A stretch of 64,000 bases of DNA from assembly GCA_965215565.1 (NCBI GenBank), contig CBDCDZ010000004.1:1408001-1472000 (forward strand), read 5' to 3'. The notes below the pieces were generated by a model, which did not search any database, had not been told where the DNA came from, and saw only the letters and a program-made list of their open reading frames with translations. Positions 7,534 to 15,032 of the stretch are shown here, one piece after another (position 1 is the stretch's first letter; every line of letters starts with the position of its first letter). The stretch comes from Trueperaceae bacterium (GTDB lineage: Bacteria; Deinococcota; Deinococci; Deinococcales; Trueperaceae). The position numbers were made by a program, and so were the translations under genes.

Positions 7534-8751
7534 ATGATGCAAGTAGATAGCATTTCTGTCTTCGGTCAACACGACGAAAAGACGTTGAAGCAGCTTAAAG
7601 ATGTAGCGACGAGGGCTGAGAAAGTCGCCCTCATGTCAGACGGACACTTGGGCTACATCATGCCCATCGGCGGCGTTGCAGCGTACGACAATAAGGTGTC
7701 TGTCGCAGGAATTGGATTTGATATCGCGTGCGGCAATGCCGCGATTAAAACGGATTTGACCCTGGGGCAACTCGAGCCCAACCTCACCGCGCTAGCCGAC
7801 GAAATCGCTGAGGTCATCTCCTTTGGCGTCGGACGCAAAAACACCTCAGATGACGCATCTGTAAACGATCCCCTTTTTGAGGACGCTGCTTGGGAAATAG
7901 TTCCAACGAAGAAGGGCGTGCGCCAGCGTCTCTTGAACAAGGCGCGTAACCAGCTTGGCACGGTAGGCTCGGGCAATCACTATGTGGACGTCTTTGCAGA
8001 CGAGGAAGGCGTGATTTGGGTTGGGGTGCACTTCGGCTCTCGCGGCTTCGGTCACACTATCGCCTCCACCTTCATGGCACTTCATCAGGGCGGCACCTGG
8101 AGCGATAAGGGTAAAGAAACCGAGGCACTTCTCAGCTTGGACGACGAGTTGGGCAAGGATTACTGGGCGCTCATGACGCTCGCGGGGCGCTACGCTTACG
8201 TCGGGCGCGAGTGGGTCGCGCGCAAGGTCGTGGAGATTTTGGGCGGGACGGAAAGAGAACTCGTCCACAACCACCACAATTACGCTTGGAAAGAGGTGCA
8301 TGACGAGCGTGAACTGGTTGTGGTGCGCAAAGGGGCGACGCCTGCGTTTCCCGGACAGAAGGGTTTCGTCGGCGGCAGCATGGGCGATGACGCTGTCATC
8401 TTACAAGGCCGAACGGATGCAGATGACGGGACAAAAGCCAAACAAGAAGCCGCCCTCTACTCCACCGTGCACGGCGCAGGTCGCGTGATGAGCCGCACGC
8501 GGGCGGCGGGTAAATGGGACTATAAGCGTAAGGTCCGCAAGACCGAAGGGCTGATTTCGCAAGCGATGATGAAGGCGTGGCTCGCCGAAAAAGAGGTCAT
8601 CTTGCGCGGCGGCGGCTTGGACGAAGCGCCGCAAGCCTACCGCCGTTTGCCTGACGTATTGGCGTCGCAGGGCGCGACTGTGGAGGTCTTACATACGCTC
8701 ACGCCGCTCATCGTGGTGATGGCGGGGGCGAATGAGTTTGACCCATATTAA
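7534..8751 (+). CDS. rtcB: RtcB family RNA ligase
   Basis: DGHLGY..PIGG, GFDIACGN, GSGNHY, HFGSRGFG, HNHHN, VRKGATPA, HGAGRVMSR, DEAPQAYR motifs. Confidence 0.96.
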   Translation: MMQVDSISVFGQHDEKTLKQLKDVATRAEKVALMSDGHLGYIMPIGGVAAYDNKVSVAGIGFDIACGNAAIKTDLTLGQLEPNLTALADEIAEVISFGVGRKNTSDDASVNDPLFEDAAWEIVPTKKGVRQRLLNKARNQLGTVGSGNHYVDVFADEEGVIWVGVHFGSRGFGHTIASTFMALHQGGTWSDKGKETEALLSLDDELGKDYWALMTLAGRYAYVGREWVARKVVEILGGTERELVHNHHNYAWKEVHDERELVVVRKGATPAFPGQKGFVGGSMGDDAVILQGRTDADDGTKAKQEAALYSTVHGAGRVMSRTRAAGKWDYKRKVRKTEGLISQAMMKAWLAEKEVILRGGGLDEAPQAYRRLPDVLASQGATVEVLHTLTPLIVVMAGANEFDPY

Positions 8752-8766
8752 GGATTAGGTAGAGAT

Positions 8767-8794
8767 AGAGGCTTCCCAAGAGAAGCCTCTTTTC
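8767..8794 (+). terminator. Rho-independent terminator after rtcB
   Basis: agaggcttc-ccaaga-gaagcctct followed by a short T run. Confidence 0.6.
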
Positions 8795-8917
8795 ACTCTA
8801 TCCGCTCGGTGCGTTGACGCGCCGTTCTGACCCTGTTTTATCACCCCAGACCGCCAAAACCGACTTCCCTTACGCGGATGAGGCGCACCGCGTTATACTC
8901 GAGACCACCTGACACCT

Positions 8918-9886
8918 ATGACCCGACGCGACGCGCCACCTAAACCCAACGACTTAGCCCTCCTCATCGAAGTCGCGCTGCTCTACTACGAAGAGGGGCG
9001 CACCCAAGCCGATATCGGGCGGCGCATCGGCACCTCGCGCTCGACGGTCTCGAGGCTCTTACAAGAGGCGCGGGCGCGGGGCGTCGTGCAGATTTGGGTT
9101 GACTATAGCCTAGCGCGGGACAGCCTCTTGGAACGGGAACTCAAGACGCGCTTTTCACTTAAAGAGGTGCGCGTGCTGCGCAGCTTCGGGCGCTCGGAGG
9201 ATGAGGTTATCGGCGGGCTAGGGCAACTCGCGGCGAGCTATTTAGATGAGGTCATTCGTGACGGAATGACCATAGGCGTCTCGTACGGGCGTTCGGTGGC
9301 GAGCGTGGTGCAGCGGGTGAAGCCCAAAAACCTCGCCGACTTAGTCGTGCTTCAAGTCATCGGCGCGTTGGGCTCGGGCAACCCTCTCCAAGACGGGCCC
9401 GACTTGGCGCGGCAACTCGCGAACCTCTACGGCGGAACGTACCGCTACCTCCACGCACCTCTCATGGTCGAAAGCGCGCGGACGCGCACGCTGTTGTCGC
9501 AAGAACCGCTCGTCAAAGACCTCTTGCAGACCGCCCGCCGAGCGGACGTGATCTTGATGGGCGTGAGCCCTTTGACGCCCGATACGGCCGGGCTTATCTT
9601 TACGGATTATCTGAGCAAGGCGGACCGCGAGCAGCTCTACGTAAGCGGCACAGTCGGTCACATGTGCGCTCAGTTTTTTGACGCGGACGGTCAACTTACA
9701 AGCACGCCTTTTAATGAGCGAGCCATCACGGTTGGACTAGAAACCTTGAAAGATGTGCGTGAAGTCGTCACGGTCGCGGGCGGCGCGGAGAAGGCGCAGG
9801 CCATCTCTGGCGCGCTGCGCGGCGGCTACACGGACGTACTCGTGACGGACGACGCGGCGGCGCACGCCGTTTTAGAACGGTTGTAA
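8918..9886 (+). CDS. SorC/DeoR-type sugar-binding transcriptional regulator
   Basis: N-terminal HTH (LYYEEGRTQADIG..SRSTVSRLLQEAR..GVV); sugar-binding domain ending LRGGYTDVLVTD. Confidence 0.92.
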   Translation: MTRRDAPPKPNDLALLIEVALLYYEEGRTQADIGRRIGTSRSTVSRLLQEARARGVVQIWVDYSLARDSLLERELKTRFSLKEVRVLRSFGRSEDEVIGGLGQLAASYLDEVIRDGMTIGVSYGRSVASVVQRVKPKNLADLVVLQVIGALGSGNPLQDGPDLARQLANLYGGTYRYLHAPLMVESARTRTLLSQEPLVKDLLQTARRADVILMGVSPLTPDTAGLIFTDYLSKADREQLYVSGTVGHMCAQFFDADGQLTSTPFNERAITVGLETLKDVREVVTVAGGAEKAQAISGALRGGYTDVLVTDDAAAHAVLERL

Positions 9887-10138
9887 AGTCTCGAGTCCGG
9901 CAGGCAAGTAAGAGGATCGGGGGAGTAGCGAGGAAAAGACAATTGGAAGCATAGGTTAGAGTGAAGCTCAAGGGCTTTACAGGTTAGAGCAAAGCTCTAT
10001 AGGCTCTTAGCCTTCACCTGTTCAGCGATCACCTGTGCCTTTACCTAGCGAGCAATGAGTTGAAAGTAAAAGCCCAAAGCTTTTCACTCATTGCTCTTCT
10101 TAACCTTGACTCTCGAGCCCGCCGAACTTACGCCCCAC

Positions 10139-10516
10139 CTACCGCAAAATATACGAACTCAGCACCCTGTAAACATCGTGAACGTTCTTGTCCTTGCGAA
10201 AGGCGAACGCGGTGGGCTCGGCTTCGCCGCGAATCCAGAGTTTGACCTCCGCCTCCATGTCGAAGCGTCCTTTGCTCTCTTTGGAGAACTTGGTGATGCT
10301 CGCGTACGGCACCGATAAAAATTCCCGCTTTTTGCCCGTCGCCCCCTGCTTGTCCACCATCACCAAGCGCCGGTTCGTGAAGACCAAGAGGTCGCGCACC
10401 AGTCTGTAAGCGTGCTCGATGCGCTCGCCCTCCACCAGGATGAGCGAGAAGTCCTTCTCCAATTTGTCTGTGTCCACCTCGGATGCGTTGCCGAGTAGTC
10501 CGCTAAAAAGTCCCAT
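10139..10516 (-). CDS. Bacterial PH domain protein
   Basis: MGLFSGLLGNASE..RDLLVFTNRRLVMVDKQGATGKK, typical of bPH_1. Confidence 0.88.
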   Translation of the reverse strand: MGLFSGLLGNASEVDTDKLEKDFSLILVEGERIEHAYRLVRDLLVFTNRRLVMVDKQGATGKKREFLSVPYASITKFSKESKGRFDMEAEVKLWIRGEAEPTAFAFRKDKNVHDVYRVLSSYILR

Positions 10517-10949
10517 AGTGCCTCCCGTTTAAGTGTACCTCTTCGGACGAGTGTTGCCCTCGACTTGCGCCCGCGTCCTCGAGCACCAGCGTCAGCGCGG
10601 GCAAGAGGTAGAGCGAGCCCAAGGTAAAGAGGATGAAGGGGCGCGAGAAGATGACCTTACTCAAGCTCGGGGGCGACAAGAGGTCGAGGACGTTGGTGCT
10701 AGCTAATGCGTAGGCAAAAACAACGAGGGAGACTGCACTTAGCAGCGCGAAAAACCAAGCGAGGTGCAGCGTGGCGAGAATCTTTGTGGGGCGTTTGGCA
10801 GGTGAGCCCCAAACGTGGCGCAGAGCGGCGAGTAAAGACGCGGCCAAACTTCCTGCGAATAAGAGCGTCAGCGTGTGAACGAGCGCGAGTCCTGTCATCA
10901 ACCTCTCCTCTGCCCCTCCCGTCGGCATGAAGATTCGCGTGCAGGTCAA
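10503..10949 (-). CDS. Hypothetical membrane protein (true start possibly 10898)
   Basis: Three hydrophobic segments; operon-like overlap with neighbours. Confidence 0.6.
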   Translation of the reverse strand: MTCTRIFMPTGGAEERLMTGLALVHTLTLLFAGSLAASLLAALRHVWGSPAKRPTKILATLHLAWFFALLSAVSLVVFAYALASTNVLDLLSPPSLSKVIFSRPFILFTLGSLYLLPALTLVLEDAGASRGQHSSEEVHLNGRHYGTF

Positions 10950-11683
10950 GGCGCGTTCGGCGCGGCAGGTTCTGAGTGCACTTCGGGGGACTTCTTCAAG
11001 TCGACCTCTCTAGCAGCTTCAACATTTTGAACGGGTTGACTCGGCTCGCTCTGAAGGGGGCTCGAGGACGCCGCGTCAGAGTTCGAGGAAAGCGCTTTAG
11101 GATTCGCGAAGAGGTACACCCCGCCGCCGATGAGTAGAAGCGGTAGGAGCGAGCCGCCGATGACGTTCGTCGTTAGAAGGGCGATGACGAGCGCGACGAT
11201 GGCCGGGTAGACCGCCCACGCTTTCCCTAAGCGCATGAGGGTGCCGAACGTCGCCGCGAAGCCTAAGAAGAGGAGCGGCGCTGTGCCCAAGAGGGTGCCG
11301 CCAAAGCCAACTGCGACTGCGGTAGAGAAGAAGAGTCCGGCGGGCAACACCGCCCACCACCTTTTCCTGTCAGATGTCTCGTCGCGCCAATAGAGCGCGA
11401 AAAAGCCCAAACCGATGAGGGCCAAAACGGCGGTGCCGCTCGAGAACGCCACGAGCGCCGCCCCGAAGAGCCCCAACCCCAAGACGAGCGCCCAGACCTC
11501 GTTAGAGTCGCGCAAGTAGCGTCGGCTCAGATAGACGCCGCCTGCGATGAGCAGCAGCGCCCGCACCGCCGAGGAGAGTCCGCCAAAAATTGCGCCGGGC
11601 AGTCCGTCGCTAGACAGCAGCGCCAACACGCCCAAGATGATGAGCGCCCAAGCGATAGGTTGTTCTTTCCGGTCTATGTTCAT
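10946..11683 (-). CDS. Polytopic membrane protein, paralogue of 14104..14700
   Basis: GGAGG RBS before ATG 11683; RWWAVLPAG and WAVYPA motifs. Confidence 0.8.
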   Translation of the reverse strand: MNIDRKEQPIAWALIILGVLALLSSDGLPGAIFGGLSSAVRALLLIAGGVYLSRRYLRDSNEVWALVLGLGLFGAALVAFSSGTAVLALIGLGFFALYWRDETSDRKRWWAVLPAGLFFSTAVAVGFGGTLLGTAPLLFLGFAATFGTLMRLGKAWAVYPAIVALVIALLTTNVIGGSLLPLLLIGGGVYLFANPKALSSNSDAASSSPLQSEPSQPVQNVEAAREVDLKKSPEVHSEPAAPNAP

Positions 11684-11826
11684 ATCCAACCTCCGTAAAG
11701 TGAGCTTTAGCGTAGAGCGCACGCCTCTGCCAAACATCGGCGAAAGGGTAGGAACGCTGCTCCACCTTTTGATGGAAGAGCAGCGCCGCTACGGACGGTA
11801 GAGTAAACGAGGGGGCGTGTAAGTTT

Positions 11827-12516
11827 ATGGAACGGGTGAGAGTTGTGGAAGACATGACGTCAGCGACTGAAACGCAAAAGCGCGTGCGCTTACTCTTAGT
11901 GGATGACCATAAAGTCGTGCGGCAGGGGCTCAAGATGGTGCTCTCGTTGGAAGCGGGTTTAGAGGTCATCGGCGAAGCTGCCAACGGTCAAGAGGCGCTC
12001 TCTCAAGTCGCCGCCTTGTCACCCCAAGTTGTACTGATGGACTTACTGATGCCTGTGATGAACGGCGTCAGCGCGATTCGCGCCATCAAGAAGGACTACC
12101 CCGAAACCGAAGTCGTCGCGCTGACGAGCGTGTTAGAAGACCGCTTGGTCATTGACGCAGTCGAGGCGGGCGCGGCGGGTTACTTGCTCAAGGAGAGCGG
12201 ACCCGAGGAGCTGATCGAGGCGATCTTTGCCGCCGCTAAAGGAGAGGTGCGCCTCCACCCGAAAGCGCAAAAGCGCCTTCTCCAAGAGGTGCGCACGCCC
12301 GAGATGCGCGAGGCGCTGACCGCCCGCGAGACCGCCACACTCCGCCTCGTCGCCAAAGGTCACGCGAACAAGGAGATTGCCGAAGAACTCGGTATTTCCG
12401 AGGTGACGGTCAAGACGTACGTCTCGAGCATCTTGTCCAAACTCAACCTCTCGAGCCGCACCCAAGCCGCCCTGTTCGCCCTCAAAGAAGGACTCGTCGG
12501 GCTCGAGGGTGGCTAA
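11827..12516 (+). CDS. NarL/LuxR family response regulator
   Basis: LLVDDH, MDLLMP receiver motifs; LTARE..NKEIA..L.ISE.TVKTY HTH. Confidence 0.95.
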   Translation: MERVRVVEDMTSATETQKRVRLLLVDDHKVVRQGLKMVLSLEAGLEVIGEAANGQEALSQVAALSPQVVLMDLLMPVMNGVSAIRAIKKDYPETEVVALTSVLEDRLVIDAVEAGAAGYLLKESGPEELIEAIFAAAKGEVRLHPKAQKRLLQEVRTPEMREALTARETATLRLVAKGHANKEIAEELGISEVTVKTYVSSILSKLNLSSRTQAALFALKEGLVGLEGG

Positions 12517-12523
12517 GGTCTAA

Positions 12524-14107
12524 ATGGACATCCCCTTCTGGAGCCGCCTCAGCACGCGCTTGACGCTGCTCATTTTAGCCATCGTCTTGGTGCTTGCCAC
12601 CGCGACGGGTATCCTGGTGAGCCGGGGATTTTCGCTCTTAGACGCCTCGACGCTGGCGCAATCGGAAACGCAGGGAGCAACCTCACAAGCAGGCTCAACC
12701 CCTCCTAACCCGGAAGTGGATAACCCAGAACGCGCCCCCGAGTTGAGCAACCCCGAACTGAGCGATATCGTGCGCGGCACCGTCATCAACCTCATCGCCG
12801 TCTTTCTCCTGACCTTAGTCGGCGCAACCGTCTTTAGCCGCAGCCTCCTCACCGAGCCCATCACCTCGCTGACCAGAGCGACGCAAGAGGTGGCGGCGGG
12901 TCACTTGGGCGTGACGCTGGACGTGAGCACGAAGGGTGAGCTTGGGCTCTTGGCGAGCACCTTTAACCAGATGTCTTTGAGCTTAGAGGCGCGAACCCGT
13001 GACCTCTTGCGCGCGAATGAGGCACTCCGTGAGAGCGAGGCGCGCCTCGAGGGGCGCGTGTTGGAGCGCACCGCCGAACTCACCTCTTTACTTGAACTCT
13101 CCAACGCCACCGCCCTCACGACGGAAGATATGCCCCTTTTAGAGCGGATTTTCGACAGGCTCTTCGAGCTTGTACCTTATCAAAGCGCCGCCCTCTTTCG
13201 GCGCATACAAGGGGAAGTTGCGCTCGTATTAGCAAGAGGTGAAAAGCTCCACGGGCTCGAGCTGAGCGGCGTCCTCACGCAGAAAACGCCGCAGCGCTAC
13301 GCCGAGGGGGAATACACGCGGCGCGTCCTGCCGCTCATCGTCCGCGACAAAGCGGTGGGGGCGTTGGTGCTCGAGCACACTGGCACGCTCACCGAGGACA
13401 AACTTCGCCTCATCGCCGCTTTTGCCAACCAAGCGGGCGTGACGCTGGAAAACATCCGGCTGTATGAACAAGTTCAAGAGCGCGCCGCCTTCGAAGAGCG
13501 GCAGCACTTAGCCCGAGAACTCCACGATTCGGTCTCGCAAGCGCTCTACAGCATCGTCTTGGGGACGCACGCCGCGCGCAAACAACTCTCGCAACCCGAA
13601 AGGGCGGGCGCAGCGCTCGAGTACGTCCAACACCTCTCCGAAGCCGCCTTAGCCGAGATGCGGGCGCTGATCTTCGAACTGCGCCCCGACATTTTAGAGC
13701 GCGAAGGTTTAGCGGCTGCTTTGCGCAAACAGGTGGAAGCCCTGGAGGTGCGTCATGACCTTCAGGCCGAATATACCGAAGAGGGCGAACCCGATGTGAC
13801 CTTCACCGCTAAGCAAGCCCTCTACCGCATCGCGCAAGAGGTCATCCACAACATCACCAAGCACGCGGACGCCGCGAACGTGCGCGTCAACCTCTCGCAG
13901 ACGAGTGAGCGGGTCAAGCTCGAGGTACAAGATGACGGCGTCGGCTTCGACGTGCAGGACTTTCCCGGTCACTTAGGGCTCAAGTCGATGCGCGAGCGCA
14001 GCACCTCTTTGGGCGGAACGTTTGACGTGGAGAGTGCGCCGGGTCAAGGCGCGAGGGTCACAGTTGAGATTCCTAAAAGACCGAACGCAGCAGGGAAACG
14101 CGCGTGA
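12524..14107 (+). CDS. Sensor histidine kinase (HAMP, GAF-like, HisKA_3)
   Basis: Two TM segments, HAMP, EERQHLARELHDSVSQ, DDGVGF, GLKSMRER. Confidence 0.93.
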   Translation: MDIPFWSRLSTRLTLLILAIVLVLATATGILVSRGFSLLDASTLAQSETQGATSQAGSTPPNPEVDNPERAPELSNPELSDIVRGTVINLIAVFLLTLVGATVFSRSLLTEPITSLTRATQEVAAGHLGVTLDVSTKGELGLLASTFNQMSLSLEARTRDLLRANEALRESEARLEGRVLERTAELTSLLELSNATALTTEDMPLLERIFDRLFELVPYQSAALFRRIQGEVALVLARGEKLHGLELSGVLTQKTPQRYAEGEYTRRVLPLIVRDKAVGALVLEHTGTLTEDKLRLIAAFANQAGVTLENIRLYEQVQERAAFEERQHLARELHDSVSQALYSIVLGTHAARKQLSQPERAGAALEYVQHLSEAALAEMRALIFELRPDILEREGLAAALRKQVEALEVRHDLQAEYTEEGEPDVTFTAKQALYRIAQEVIHNITKHADAANVRVNLSQTSERVKLEVQDDGVGFDVQDFPGHLGLKSMRERSTSLGGTFDVESAPGQGARVTVEIPKRPNAAGKRA

Positions 14108-14700
14108 GACGCGACCCGCGCACGCTCGCCTACGCGCTCCTCGTCATCGGCGCGCTGCTGCTTGCGAACAGTGGCTTCTTCGGAGCGCTGCCCGGCTTCT
14201 TGCGGACCTTGTCGCTCTTAGGGTTGGGCGCGGCGCTCTGGCTCGGACCGACGCACCTCGCGGCGGGCTGGCGCATTGCCGGTTTTATCGCCGTCGGCGT
14301 CTTTGCTATTGCGACCTCAGACGAATTTACGGGCGTCGCTTCGCTGGGCTTTCCTGCGCTCGCTCTTGCGCTCGTCTACCTCTCCAACCATCAACGCTGG
14401 TGGGCGGTGATTCCGGCGGGCATTTTAGCGAGTATCGCCACGCTCCTCGCCTTTAACGAACTTTTCTCGTGGAACGCGACGCCCGTGCTCTTTTTGGGCT
14501 TCGCGGCGACGTTTACGTACCTCTACTTACTTTCGCCTGGGCGCGGCGGGCAGCGCTGGGCGCTCTACCCGGCGGTGGTCTTCATCGCGCTAACCGTGCT
14601 CGTCAATGATCCTGGCAGCGGGTTCTCGAGCGCCCTGCCGCTCCTCTTTATCGGGGCGGGGGTGCTGATGTTGTGGTGGTGGCAGCGGGGGGCGAAGTAG
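14104..14700 (+). CDS. Polytopic membrane protein
   Basis: Hydrophobic; RWWAVIPAG and WALYPA; GTGA overlap with the kinase gene. Confidence 0.8.
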   Translation: MRRDPRTLAYALLVIGALLLANSGFFGALPGFLRTLSLLGLGAALWLGPTHLAAGWRIAGFIAVGVFAIATSDEFTGVASLGFPALALALVYLSNHQRWWAVIPAGILASIATLLAFNELFSWNATPVLFLGFAATFTYLYLLSPGRGGQRWALYPAVVFIALTVLVNDPGSGFSSALPLLFIGAGVLMLWWWQRGAK

Positions 14701-14752
14701 CGCCAGAGCACCTTTCTAAAAGCAGTTTGAGAGTACCGCCAGTATTAACCTA

Positions 14753-14782
14753 TTGACTTACAGCTCTTACACTAACTATAAT
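14753..14782 (+). promoter_or_regulatory. Sigma70-type promoter of the small peptide gene
   Basis: TTGACT-18-TATAAT. Confidence 0.7.
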
Positions 14783-14815
14783 CCCGATATTGAGGGACCA
14801 AATTTGGAGGCAAAG

Positions 14816-14995
14816 ATGAAAGTAAAGCTTTCTATTCGCGCGTTAGTATTAGTACCTTTATTACTTGGATTACTTGCACTAAGCGGTGGTACAGTTTCGA
14901 CCTATGGCGATAGCGCTGATGGTTTGGAAATAGTTAGACTAGCTGGGGATGGGGATGCTGATAGAATAACGCTAGGTAATAATAATAACGCCTGA
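14816..14995 (+). CDS. 59-aa secreted peptide precursor
   Basis: GGAGG RBS; MKVKLSIRALVLVPLLLGLLALSGG signal peptide followed by an acidic tail ..LAGDGDADRITLGNNNNA. Confidence 0.7.
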   Translation: MKVKLSIRALVLVPLLLGLLALSGGTVSTYGDSADGLEIVRLAGDGDADRITLGNNNNA

Positions 14996-15032
14996 AGTTA
15001 GACTAGATTTTTAGGAGGGCAAGTCAAGGTCG

